The position numbers and the translations under genes are program-made. The notes below the pieces were generated by a model. It was not told the origin of the DNA. It made no database searches and saw only the letters and a list, made by a program, of their open reading frames with translations. From Octopus bimaculoides (lineage: Eukaryota), in NCBI RefSeq assembly GCF_001194135.2, contig NC_068981.1, forward strand, positions 106,215,047-106,279,046: DNA of 64,000 nt. Reading direction: 5' to 3'. Position 1 is the stretch's first letter. Each line of letters opens with the position of its first letter. Shown here one piece after another: positions 1 through 13,439 of the stretch.

Positions 1-994
1 TTTCTAAATTTAGGCTTTTAGTTGAACATTATAATGTTATATCACCTTCATTTAAAAAAAAATTTCTGGGGTCTTTATCAGATGTAAGTTACATTGCGGT
101 ATGTATGGTGGTACCATTTCTGTAAATTTAAAAACATTCCCATTCTTTTAACTTATCGGTTCTTAATTCAAATATTGTAGATATGGGCACTTTTTTGACG
201 CTTTTCAAGTTCACTGAAATTTTCTCCATTTTTTTTTTTTCAAACCTCATAGTTCTTTTAAGCTAAGAAAACCTGTGGTTTTGCTGTTTAGCAAGACTGT
301 GTAATACTTTCTGGTTTTAATAAACTTATTAAAAGGATCTGGTGGTTATTATTCACACCAATTTGACATTGACACTTGCAAAATTAGATTGACCAAATTG
401 GAAACAGTTGATCTATTAGTATTCCCTGCTCTAGTAAAATTTCGACTGGATCCTTAGTTAAGAAGAGAAAACGTTAGGTTCTATAGGTTTTGTTCTTTGC
501 GGTATGGATTTACCTCCCATTACAGAGAATTATAGTGGAAATGGGTGTGTGCCTTACATGAAATGGAATATAATAGATGAGTGAACTTAGCAATATTGCT
601 TGAAATGAAAGTGATGCATCCTAAGGTGAAAACTTTCTTACTGTAATAGCACTGAAACTTCAATTCTTTTTTTTTTTGTTTAAATTTCTGCTTTTATATG
701 GTTACTTGTTTGCTTGTTTAGGGCAAGACTGTTTTCCTTTCATAATTTGTCAAACATTATACATTAAAGATAAAGATAATAACCATCTAAAATTAAGGTA
801 ATTTGTTGCCTTATATTTAGTCATTTCTTCATTACAAAAGACAAAATCTAACTTTAGATTTGAGCACATTACATTTTCTATTTCAATCTAAAATTTTACT
901 CCCACAATAACTTCAGCTCAAAATTTAACTCAGTAAGAGCCAAGACAATTTTTTTTATCACATTCGAATTATATTGCCTGTGATCTTTTTGCAG

Positions 995-1245
995 CAGCAA
1001 GTAAGAAACTTAATGATGAAGAACTATTTGTTAACGAAGACCCATCACTATTGTTGCCACTCCTTAGAGCTGTCTTTCTCCTTGTGAACAGAACATCACC
1101 TCATTACATTACATATCACGACACTTTGGATACAAAGCTGACTGTTATGTTAAGAATGAAGGAGATGGCAGTACTTAATTTACATACTCTAATGAAGCTT
1201 ATCAAAGAAGTACATAAATTTTTGAATGGGGCAAATTCTACATAG
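995..1245 (+). CDS. Possible terminal coding exon of an unidentified host gene
   Basis: Acceptor-like gatctttttgcag (NAGNAG at 994/997), then an open frame (A)ASKKLNDEELFVNEDPSLLLPLLRAVFLLVNRTSPHYITYHDTLDTKLTVMLRMKEMAVLNLHTLMKLIKEVHKFLNGANST* that looks amphipathic-helical. It lies in non-repetitive DNA. I do not recognise the family. Confidence 0.3.
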
Positions 1246-1285
1246 AAGTGAAAATTGGTCAGTATAAATATGAAATTTCTGTTTA

Positions 1286-1328
<43 letters not shown>

Positions 1329-2991
1329 TATATATATATATACCAAGTTCTTTGATTAACTCTAAATCTTGGCAATCTAGATATAAAATAGGTTGTTTGC
1401 TGAATGTTGACTTGACTCAACTAAATTTGAGATTGATAGTTGATATTTATTATCTTGAGTTACACTAATCTGCTGGAAACTTATATTGTTTGCTTTGAAA
1501 TGGATTTGTTAGAAGCAATGTCTTTTAACTTGGAGGTTCATACTTCAAACTCCTCCGCTAGAAAGCTTACCATAAAATACTGAAGTTGGCTGAAAAGTTT
1601 GCACTTTTGAAAGTTTAAATTGAAATTACTGTCCTGCTGAATATTTCTCATGTGGAAAATGTACAATGTCATTGAAGAAGATTTGGCTTTGATAGGAAAA
1701 TCTATTTGAAAATTAACAATCAAATTTAAGAAAGAAGGTAAGTAGTGGTGTTTCTCTGCATCATGCAGTGTATACTATAGTGGTCATTTTGGATTCTAAG
1801 TTACAACAGTTATTTAAAAATTAATGTTGTAAGTTCAAGTATTCAGTAACCATATATTAGACACAGCTTTGTAAGCTTTATTATAAATTGAAATGTTCTG
1901 TATTGTGTGTGAAGTTTCAAATGGCCTAAAGTGATTTGTTGTCAAATCTTTCAATTGTATGTGCAAATAGAATTCATTTCCATTGATTGCTTAATGTTTT
2001 AAAGAACAGTTAAACTTTCTTTACACACATTTTCATATGAAAGTAAGCCACCATTTGTCAACTTAATAGTAATATTTTAAGCAATGTTGCTACTTGTTAA
2101 GCACTAGCAAATCTTGGGGATGTTGACACTGATTTATTCCCTTGCTGTTCAGGCTTGATGAACACTTGAAGCACTGGAGGTAATAAAGGTAATGGTCTTT
2201 TAGTGTTTCTTCGTTTCAGCTAATTGCTGTATTATGGCAGAAATAAAAAGGTTCTTTTTTTTTAAATGTTTTGTTAGTTTTCAGTCTTAGTTGTGTAAAA
2301 GTAAGTGTAATCAACATTTGTGTCCATACATTCAATGTGAAATTACAGGAATTATTGAAACTCACTTAAGGTTTGGGGATTCTAAAAGCATATCTAGGTT
2401 TTTCTTTTTCCTACAAGCTTTACTTAGATATTCTGGCCTCTTATTGAAACCAGTTGACTGTATTTTGATATTCTCTACATAACTTTGGCATTACTGTTTC
2501 ATATTTGCAGTACATTTGAAGCCCTCTGATTTTAGATATCTTACAATCACATTTTTATTTTATCTTATTTAAAAAAAACTTCAGGCAGTTTTTGCTTAGT
2601 AGGTATCCACTCGTTATATTCCAGTGTTACGACTGCTCTGCAAATTTTTTAATGTTAACTGCTTTTTCAATATGTGCTTAGCTGTTTCCTTCTACAACTG
2701 CCAGGCTTATTTGTTTGTAAAGGTAGGGTCCTGTTCTTGGCTGCAAAGTCTCTGCTTTACATTTTGGCATGATACTCTTCTACAGTGCTTTTTTAAAATT
2801 TATTATTTTTTTAAAAAATCAATTGAAAGTGGTTGTTGAGGCAATTGAAAATTAATGCTTTTCTGTTCACTCTGGTAAATTAGTAGACTAAAAGTAGCAC
2901 AAATTTGCTTTTGGTATATTGTTATACTTAGTAGCTTGTGTAACATAATCTTTCACTGGTATTAAGTGTGAGTGTACATGTTTCATTTTAA

Positions 2992-3469
2992 CCCTTTAGC
3001 ATTTAAACAAGCTATACCTGGAGCTGGTTCAAATACTGTTTGTGTGTTCAAACTGGCCAGGCCTGACCTCATGCACCTAACTTACAATCTCTAAAAGTAT
3101 TGTCACATCAAACCATTTTTACTTAAATATGATTGTAGAGATTGAACCATTTCTACGTAAATATGATTGTAAATAATGCGAAATTTTAAGCAACACAAGA
3201 TTTGATGAAGAGTTTGGTATTTTTGTAATAACTGAAGATTTGAAAACATGTAGAAGAGAGAAAAGTGGCTTTTGTTTCTGAATTTTCAACTAATGACAAT
3301 ATTTTTATAGTGAAAAGGATGAACTTCAGAATAACATTCAAAATATCACAGCCAAACAATAAGACCAATCAATACATAACTATATAAATCTGCATGATAA
3401 AAGTTAGTTATAAAAATTGTTGACATTTGTAAACAAAATACATTTGGCATTAATCTAAATGCTAAAGGG
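2992..3469. mobile_element. piggyBac-type MITE
   Basis: TTAA|CCCTTTAGCATTTA ... TAAATGCTAAAGGG|TTAA: 14-bp TIR with TTAA target duplication, no ORF. Confidence 0.8.
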
Positions 3470-4925
3470 TTAAAAATACTATTTTACAATTTATATGAAT
3501 AACGTATCTAGCAGTGCTAGTCTTTAGTTTAAACCAATTTATCCTCCTTATACTGCAGATATGTACTTAATTAGTTTCTCATTTAACTGGTTGGTTATCA
3601 AGTGCAATTTAGTATAGTCAAGAATTTTTTTGCCTTAATTTTGCACTGCTGGTTGTTTTCATATTTTTGGCCTGAGTGATAGGTAACTAATTGGCTAGAT
3701 GCTTTGCTGTCTCCATGCAAAGTATTCAGCTTGAATTTTCTTGACACAAAAGCTTCACTGTTTAACTCTTATGGTATTTACAAGGTAGCTTGAATAAAAG
3801 TTTGATATTTGGAAGGTAAAAAGTAAATTGACTTTGAAAATAATTTTCGGTATTTTTAAGTGAGTTGAACCCTCAGATTTTTGGAGTTTTGAGTTATATA
3901 CTGTTGAATATCTTAATTCTTTTTGATAAAAGGAATATATAATTGATGAAAGCACGAGTCTTTGGAACAGTAGTCTAAGAACATTCATTTAGATTAGTGT
4001 TGGGTTGGTTATCAAATATGAAAAGTGATGTACCAAATAAATAAAGGGGGGGGGGTGCAATGGAGTTAACCATTTCATCAATATGTTTCACTTATCTTCT
4101 GAAGTTGCTATTTTGTAAAACAGCTGTCACTGGCAGAATCTCTTTCATTGGGCTGATATAAAAGTACCTGTTAAGTACTGCCATAAGTTACATTCACTTC
4201 ACTTCAGGAACATTGAATCAAGAGCATGTAACTAAAAAAAAAAGTTAAATATTGTACAGCATGTTCACTATAGGAAAAACATTAATACAACAATGGAATT
4301 GCTATATCACTTTCATAGAGAGTATGGCAAAATTTCGCTAATTAATGGGGTAGGGTATCCCAAAATGGAAATTTTTGCTTAGGTTGGTTTTAACTAACAT
4401 GTATTTAAATTTGTCAATAATATTCTTACTGTTTGCAACAAAGTAACATTTATGTAGCTTGATGATGAGCTATTGGCAACATAAACATGTTAATTTGTTT
4501 TACAAACACATACACTTTGATGTCCTAAAAATGTGTATTCTGCTATTTGCATTTCAATCTGACAAGCCTGGATAAAATAGATAAAAAGAACTAGTTTTAG
4601 GTAACTGAAAGACTAATGGAGGTTAATTTTTAAAGAAAGAAGAATTTTGTAATACATGGTGTCAGGAGGGTATCTAGCTATAATTAATAGCTGCAGTAGT
4701 AAATTTATATATATCTACATGTTACATACCATACATTTCATTTGGCACATTTTTCTTGCTCATGAATTTACAGGCAGCTGGGTCATATCTCAGCTCTCTC
4801 ACTTTTATAAGAAGTACATGGGATTTGAAAATAATTTCGTAACTCATTTTGTAGATGTGATTTATCCTCAAAACATTTTTTAAATATGACTTGAAGGAAA
4901 TTGACTATGGATAATTTAGGGTTAA

Positions 4926-5010
4926 CCCATTAGCATTTAAACTGACAGTATTCGGTCCAAATATACCTGTTTTATGTGCAGACTGGCCATATTCAGCCTC
5001 TCAAACCAAA
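4926..5010. mobile_element. One end of a related piggyBac-type MITE
   Basis: TTAA|CCCATTAGCATTTAAAC matches the TIR at 2992; no partner end found. Confidence 0.55.
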
Positions 5011-5084
5011 AACGGTAACGCATGATTAATGCAAAATACTATGAATAGGAAATTAACGTAAGGGAAATAACTCTAAAATTTAAA

Positions 5085-5318
5085 TCTAATATATTAATCC
5101 AGTTGTCTGTCTGTCTGTGCGCTTATAATTCGAGAATTGTTCATCCAATCGCGCTGAAATTTTAAACATGTATACATGAGAGAGTGGGGCATTTCATAAT
5201 CTAAAAAGATTTCCAAAATTTTCAGTTTCAAAGTGAGAATCGCTATTTTTGTAATCTTTTTGTCCTATTTCTTCCACCATGCTGTTCCTTAAAAGCAACA
5301 AGTTGCTCAGACAGCTAG
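5085..5318 (+). mobile_element. Short non-autonomous Helitron
   Basis: A|TC 5' end (tctaatatattaatcc, then ctgtctgtctg). 3' hairpin AGCAAC-AA-GTTGCT followed by CTAG|T at 5315-5319. Confidence 0.7.
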
Positions 5319-5541
5319 TACATACCATTTCGCTTGCAACAAGGGGAGTACAGGATGACAGTCAGCCAAAACCGTAGCTATGCTGTCTCTTCTTTTTTCC
5401 TCTCTATATACAGAGGGCTCAATGCGCTTATCTAACTTGAAGCAACAGTTGTCAAATGCAAAATGTCAAAGAACTATTAACAATTTGGCTGTTATTTCTA
5501 CCAGGTCTGGCTACCATGTAGAGGTCTCCCTCATCGGCTCA

Positions 5542-5720
5542 TCTAATATATAAATCCTGTTTCGGTATGTCTGTTATTGGTGTGCTTATAACTCTAGTAT
5601 TGTTCATCTAACCGTGCTGAAATTTTAAACATGGAGACATGAGAGAGTGGGGCGTTCCTTAATCTAAAAAGATATTCAAAATTGTCAGTTTCTAAGTGAG
5701 AGTCGCTATTTTTGTAATCC
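5542..5720 (+). mobile_element. 5' part of a second copy of the same Helitron
   Basis: A|TCTAATATATAAATCC start and ~150 bp clearly similar to 5085-5260; 3' end not seen. Confidence 0.6.
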
Positions 5721-8700
5721 TTATAGCCTGTCCATCAGATGATTAAAACTTCCATAGGAACCGTATTTTACAATTAGTGACAATTACCCTTGATAAAAGT
5801 GACTGAAATTAAAAGTTGTAACCTGCTAAGAAAAACAGGACAATGTTGTCATCATTTGGTAAAAAGATTTAGAAGAAATCCTAATATTGAGGGGTTTGAA
5901 AACGTTAAAGTTTGTCGATAGTAATGAATAATTTTCTTGAAGCTGATAAACAATTTGGCAGTGGGGTTTTTGATTCGAATGGTTTTAGGTAGGATTATAA
6001 AAATTTTACTGGCTCTAATTTGGGAAGGCATAATGGTTTTGAGGGAGATAACTCTTCAGTTGTTAGTAGTTATAGGATGTTGATCTTTAAGAGAGTATTG
6101 ATCTGTTTGAGTCATTTTTTTCCTATTTTCTCTTTGTCAAATGATAACTGCAAATATTTGTTTCTTTAGATGTACTGCAGGTGACTACAGGTAATTAAAC
6201 TTTCTTCTATTAAGTGGTTTTGAGCTCATTGTCATTATGCAGCACTTGCAGTGTCTTAGTAGATTCAGGTTGACTGCTTTGTGAATAGGATTAGGTAGTA
6301 TATGTGCATCTTCATGTTCTCCCTTAACTTAAACTGTGTGACAAAAGTATGCTGGTCCAATGTCAGGCCTACCAGTTTTCTTGGTTTACACAGCTCTTAT
6401 ATATTATAGTGCTCAATGAATTTTCCATTATTATCCATTGTTAATTGTCTCCTTAGTTATATACTGACTCCATGTACTTCTGACATATTTTCAATAGCAA
6501 AGTGTGTAACAAAAAGTTTCGTTTTGAGTATATCCCCTAAAACTCAATTTTCATGAAAATTTTGATCAAAGGGGTCTTTTGGGAATGGGAGATATGAAAT
6601 CCTGTTTCACTGCACACCTTCATTCACTCTTGGTCATGAAACTAAATATTAAAAGATTGCAACCAATTATGAAACAATTTGATTACTATTCATCAGGTAT
6701 GAGCAATATAATAGACTCATTGATGAGACAGATTAGTCTCAAATAAGGTTCATTGCTCGTGATCATTCCCAGTTCTCCTAGTGAGAATGTTAGATATACC
6801 TAATTTTCTCAAAGATATAGAATGTGGCATCAGTCATGCACACATTGATATTAAAAGTATTTCATCATTGATCTTTACTTTAGCTAATCAAAGGCTATGT
6901 ATTTTCTGGTTGTGAACTTAGAAATGTTATCACATTAAGGAGTGTTTTTAGTGTCACTGTCCATGGAAACAGTGCAGAGTTGACATGAAGTGTCTAGGCT
7001 AAATGTGGATAATATTTGCCAGGAATTGCGGTATCATGTACATAAGAATGATCATTATTTGGAAAAATTGCAAGAATTCTGAAAGTACTAATATATGTTG
7101 CATAATTGTGAGCAGTTCATATACAGTAGCTGGGTGTTATCCTTGGAAACAGTGCATTGTGCAATCTGTTGGGAAGCATCCAATCAGATGAAAAATAGAA
7201 GACTGTTTTCACTTGTACAAACGACAACATTGTAATGACTGTAGGGCAGAGATATAGCAAGGCATAGTGGAAAAAGGACTAAGGCGATTCGTAACATTTC
7301 ATGAACCTTGATGCACAAAGGTTGCATTTCTTTGAATGTCTGCAAACATTGATACTGATAGCTTAAACATTAACAAATTAACATGCATCAAGAATCATTT
7401 CACAGTTTTGCTTAGGGTGTTATTGTATTTTATGTACCAAGGTTTCTTAAGAACTAATGTAAATGTTATGTAATTAAATGAAAGTTCATTCAAAATATGG
7501 TCAGCTGCTCTGAAACCTAGATTAACCATATACATTGGTGCAATCAGGATACTCTGGTTCTGCAAATTCAAGTCTGTCAGTGGAACAGGTAGACTTGTTT
7601 CTTATGGAAACCACCTATTCTTTAAGAACCTTGTGCAATTTCTCTGCTAGAAATAGCTGTTAAATTTTTAAATGACTTCTTTCATGAATAAGATATAATT
7701 GTGTGATGTCTAGAGGATAGGCATGGCTGTAGTGCTTGATGAGAGCTGATATGGGGTGGGGTTTAAAATTAATTGTATGCAGTCACATGGCTGAAGTGGG
7801 ACAGGGTCATACATTGTTTGAAATTAACAATATTTCATTCAGTCAATCCAATTGCCCATCACTTTATTTCGGTCTTTTAAGCATTTGCCTGTTTACATAC
7901 AACTTCAAAGGAACAATGCTTCCAATGTGTGACAAAGGAAACTATGTAACTCTACTTAACATTACTCCTTGAAGTGAAAATTGGGACACTTGTGTGTGTT
8001 TTATTTTCCTTCAGTTTTATAACAAAACAGGCTAATGGAGTTTTTGGTTAACACTGACAAAATTGTAAATCTACAGTGATCTGGGAGTATAACTTTGAGT
8101 CTATTGTGATTGAAAACATCTGTTACATGAAGGTATGGTTGTTGGCAGAAAGTTGTGGTTTAGGAGATTTTAAATATGACCTAACCTTTGTAATGTCTGT
8201 GTTCTGTGAATAAAAACAACTAAATTTAACAGCAGTCAACTATCTGCTATGTATTTAATGACCAGATTAAAAAGTTTTTTGTTTAACTCTTTTTGACTCC
8301 AAACTACCATTGGCTCTGTGAAACATGAAATCCTGATGACTACAAAACAACTTATTCCAAACACCAGACAAATTAGTTTACTAAATTCTTCCATATTTTC
8401 AAAATTATTTCTTGCATACATGTGTATATATTACATGCATTAAACATATACTTATACTGAAAGGATAAAAAAAGAATAGCACTCGTCTTCAATAAAGTGC
8501 ATTACATTAAATAATGTAGTCCTTGATACACAAAAAGGCAGAATACTAATGTAATCAATGCAAAACAGCAATGTTTAGATGTGTATAAAAGTTTCCATAA
8601 ATACATATTCCTCCTTTGCTATAAACTAGCCCGAACACTTGGTTAGCAACTGGTTTTTGTGTACATATATATGCCTAATTTATAACTAATTATTGAGGCA

Positions 8701-11029
8701 GCACTAATGTTTAGAAAGTGGGTTTCACGAAATCAGAAAGACTGAAGCTCAAGTGTTCCAGGGAAGTAATATGAAAAGCAATACAGAACTTTATGCCTGT
8801 GGTGTATAGATTAGAAACCTGCATATGTAAACAAATTACTCTGACCTGCATCTATGCATGTAACATGATTACTTAGCTGATGTCTGAATTCTTGTGTAAA
8901 GTCTTTGCTCTACATTAAAAACTAGTGGTGAGAAAGTTTAGAAATAAAAACAGGGAAACAAATGAATTGTTGTAATGGAATTCTAATAACCAGCTGCTAC
9001 AGTTAACATTTTGTAGTGTTATGGTGTGTACGTTTATGACAGCATCGATCCAGGATATTCATCCTTCTCCACTTTCAGTACATCTTTTCTCATAGGAGTG
9101 GATGTGACTGGCAAGATTAATATACAGATCTTGTAACAATAACATTCACAGTGGGTTGGTTACATCTTATATAGTCTCTTGTGTTGAGTTTCAAAGTGCT
9201 CTCCACTCCAGCATCATACATGGACTTCCATGCCTTCTGATCAACAACCAGTTGAGTGGGACACTGCATAACATGCGAAAAACTTAATTTCTGTACTCAG
9301 CCCATCCTTAGTGATGGTGCTCCTCTACCTTAGGTGTATTTGTTCTGCTATTTTGGAAGTATCTCTTGAGGCCTGCATCCTTTGTTACCTTCTCTGCTGG
9401 GTTGGTCATGCGATTCAGATGCTAGGTAACTGGCTCCCAAAGATGGTTCTCTTTAGTGAGACCCAGACCAGAGGTAGGCCTCATGGACACTCAAAATTTT
9501 TTCATGATCATCTCTGGCTGTCTCTATATTTTATCTAAGGTATAAAATACAGGCATGTATACTTCTCACTTTGGATTGAGGATAATAAATATTTTGTGTA
9601 CCTTTGTATTCCAAGCACATAGATAACTGCCTGCTCTTTAGTGGCCCAACAAAGTCTAGGACTGATTCTCAACTTTCTACAATACACAAGAGTCCACCCA
9701 AGTTAAATAGGAATCTAAGGAGTCCGTAGGTGAAAATGGTTGGGAACCACTGGTCTAGGATGTGAAAGATGGAAGGAGAGGGTTCCACCAGTACTCAGCA
9801 GAATAGTGAAGAACAAAAATGAATGACCTAGTTTAAAGATTGAATGGGCACATGAAATATGTAAAAACGAGTGAATAGAAATAACTTGTGCTAGTGGCAT
9901 GAAGCTCAAAGATAAATATGAGAAATTGGTATGCTCCCAGTGAAGTTAAGACTTTAGTGGCTATTGAAATTAGTTCCAAATTTGACAGGAATTTAAAATT
10001 TTCAAGAATAGTCTGGATTGAACAAGAGATGCATTTTTGCTTTAATAGATATCAGCAAAGCAGTTGTCCTACCTTGGACTTGGTATACAAAAGGATTTAG
10101 ATTTATACAGAATTATTGGGGAAAGTATGGTATGGAGTAATCTTACATAAAATAAGTATCTGCATGAGTTAAACATGCACACTCACAAGATGGCATTGCC
10201 ATGAGTTCAAATCATTGAGGAAAAGTGTATTCATTAAGAAATGGTTAGGTCTACCTTATATTAACAGTTCAGTTCTATCACACAAGGGGCTCATTGATCG
10301 CAATTACTACTGAGGTCAGTAGTTGAAATTTAGGAAAGGTACAAGTGTTGATGCCAAGAGACGAGTTGTAATCCAGCAGATGTAAAATCAGGAAGAGAGA
10401 GGCAGAAAGTTATGACGTCACTGAAGCTGTGGAAGATATGCAAACTATTCAGTTTTGCTCTGATCCTTTCAGACCATTTTGAAGTGTGATGCAGATTTGT
10501 TAGTAACAGTATCAAGGTAAGGGAAACAGATTCATTTGATTGTGCTCTCAACAAAGACAAGATAGGAAGAGTGCATAATTGAAAAATAAATTGGAATGAA
10601 ATATTGAAGTGGAATAGTTCTTGATTTGTTCATTCCATCTCCTACAAATCTGGTGGGATAAAAAGATTTTGAAGGTGATTTAAATGCTGACGAAACATTC
10701 TCTCTACCTGTTCACTGGTGTTATATGCTTGGAAGCAAAGACAATAGTCTGTTTCCAAGCATACATCTTGAGAAATGTAAAGGTGCAGGTTAGAAAGAGC
10801 ATTAATTGAAACTTGGATGTAGAGGATTCAAGGCAAGCCACTAGAGTTGGTTGTAAAAATATATATGACTGGGTTTCTTTCAATTTCTGCCTAGTAAATT
10901 CACAAGGCTTTAGTGTGCAAGGTTATAATGCAGTGTGACGACCTGAAACCAGCTCAGCTACACAATCACAACTAATGTATATACATGCAGAGAGAGTTTT
11001 GTAATATTGATCTGTTTCACAGAGTAGAC

Positions 11030-11930
11030 CTAGGTGAGATGCAGTTTTTTTTTTCTACTGGAAGAGGCACCACAGATGCAATCTTCCTAGGTAGATGAAT
11101 GGCTATACACCATAGTAGTGAAATAGGCTTTGAATGCAAAGATTGGGAAGGAATGAAAGTATGCTCTGTTGAATTTGCAACATCTGTGTGCATGACTGAC
11201 AAAGTACAATTGTGTTGGGCATAGTGTGCAGAAGAGGACTGTTAGTTTGTACGTGATGTGCATGAGTAAAGACAGCTGTATACAGAAGTGCCTGTGGAAG
11301 AAGAAGACAGGATGAAATGGGTGTTGCAGCTCGTAGAAGAAATGATGGACTGAGATGTCTGGCAATATGAGATTCTAGAGAAGACTTGCTCATGTCAGCA
11401 AAGCTGATTACTAGAAGCATTGTGTCACAGCATGTAACAAACTTTTCACACACCCTACTCCAAGAAACAACTACATCTCTTCTAAGCTGCATCTTTCTCT
11501 TTGTACACCATGATTGTCTCTCACTATCGCTGCTTTCCCCCTGCCCCATCTTTATACCTAGTTTTCACCAGTCACTGCAATCCCCACCCCCTATTCATGC
11601 CTTCTTGGCAATACTGGACTGTATATTATGACTGCCATACCTTGAGGGTGTACCCTAGCAATTGTCACCAATTATCTCTCTTACTCTACCATCTCATCTA
11701 TGCTCTGATCCTTGTTACTTGTTAGATTACCTGGCATTTCACCACCTGCTCTTCTCTCTGGCTTGGTAGCTGAATCTCCTCTACAGCAGCATATCTACCC
11801 TCATTCTTGATCACACTCTCAGCATTTCTTGCTTTTCTCTCTGGCTAGGCAACCAAGTATCTCCTTTACATCAGCACACCTGTTTCTGTCCTCTTGTACC
11901 TATTCCTCTCACTTTTTCCTTGAACAGGTG
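11030..11930 (+). mobile_element. Decayed RTE-clade LINE fragment with pyrimidine-rich 3' region
   Basis: Remnants such as STGRGTTDAIFL and a C-terminal region (RDVHE/SKDSCIQKCLW-like) related to the RTE copy at 19.3-20.4 kb; internally deleted. Confidence 0.6.
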
Positions 11931-12169
11931 AATATAGATTAAAATAAATAATGAAAAAGCAAAACATTTGGCATCACTTGAACAACACATTTAATTTAGA
12001 TAGAGAAATATAGTCTCTTATAGCTGTTGATCATTATATTGAGTAAAGATTCCATAATCCAAGTACTCCATCATCAGAGAGATGTAAAAATGAAGAAATA
12101 TTCCCAGTCAAGGATATTCATGCATTCCAGTTTGTCAAAAATGAAGGAAGTAATAGTAATAATAGCACC

Positions 12170-12515
12170 AATAATAAACCTTTCTACTATAGGCATGGGG
12201 CTTGAAATTTTAGGAGAGGAGATTTGATTACATCAACTCCAGTGCATAACTGGTACTTATTGACCCCCAAAAGGATGAAAGGCAATGTTGACCTTGGTGT
12301 TATAATAATCCCTTCTACTAAAGCACAAGGCCTGAAATTTGAGGGGAGGAGACTAGTTGATGACAACCCCTGTGTTTCACTGGTGCTTAATTTATCGACC
12401 CTGAAAGAATGAAAGGCAAAGTTGACCTCGGAATTTGAACTCAGAATGTTGCAATGGGTGAAATGTTGCTAAACATTGTGCCCAGCATGCAAACAATTCT
12501 GCCAGCTTGCCACCC
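12170..12515 (-). mobile_element. Two tandem partial SINEs (family A)
   Basis: Family A core aaaggatgaaaggcaaagttgacct...atttgaactcagaa, as in the cleaner copy at 35328-35560. Confidence 0.8.
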
Positions 12516-12519
12516 AGAT

Positions 12520-13200
12520 CATGAGCAGAGGTAGTGGGGAAGCATCAAGTATGTCTCTTAGTAGCTGATGATATGTGCATCTCTGATCATGAGCAAAAGT
12601 AGTGTGGGAACATCAATGCCCTGATGCAGTATGAGGTAGTGATTCGCATGACTTTTGATCTTAACTGATTGAAAGTATTATCATGTACATTGTTTTGTCT
12701 TAGTATAAAAGATGGCCCACAGCAAATATTCTGCTCAATACCACAGATTTGCTTGTCAATTACTTGACCTTAACCAGTTGAGTATGTCACTTAGTGGCTG
12801 ACAATATGTGCATCTTTGATCATAAGCAGAACAGTGAAAGAGCATCATAACCATGTGTTGAAATGAATTCTTTGGGGTTTGAATAATTCACCTCTGGAAA
12901 CATGGGTGTTTTGTTCATCATCCTTAAACTTTATTCAGGGACCTTTTAAATGAGATGGGCTACTCAACCTGAAGAAAATTCTAACTGGGCCCCACCTGTA
13001 AGGATATGCGCTGTTTATCTTTATATGAGATCACCATGTCATGCACATATGGTTGTGATGCATGTGCCTGGTGTACTCTTATCAGACATGTAATTATGAT
13101 GGGTACATTGGGCTTTGTATATTTGTACCCCAGTGTCACTTTGATGGCATGCACTGCTCTCTCAGTAATAGCGATAATAATAGCAACAACATCAATAGTA
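12520..13200 (+). mobile_element. Non-coding interspersed repeat with (TAA)-like tail
   Basis: Reverse complement of 60270-60712 over ~450 bp; internal subrepeats at 12530-12640. Confidence 0.75.
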
Positions 13201-13439
13201 TGAGTTATGATAATAGGGTTTCTACCACAAACCATGACAATAATGCTGCACTTAGTCTCTCCCTCCCATACATATATATCTATCTATATATATACAGTTC
13301 TTTGTTCCCTATGCATTCTCAAACTGCTCCACCAAACCAAATCAAATTTTACAAGGTAATAGTATTATACCCTGCAAGTATCACATTGTAATTTTTATTT
13401 GGATTGAGTTTTCTCGAATATAATCTTTCCCTAGTCAAC

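Noticed and set aside
10471-10514. 44-nt exon candidate (tttcag|...caag|gtaagg; TILKCDADLLVTVS)
   Set aside because: Good splice sites, but it is open only in phase 0, is not frame-preserving and has no recognisable partner; kept only as a note.
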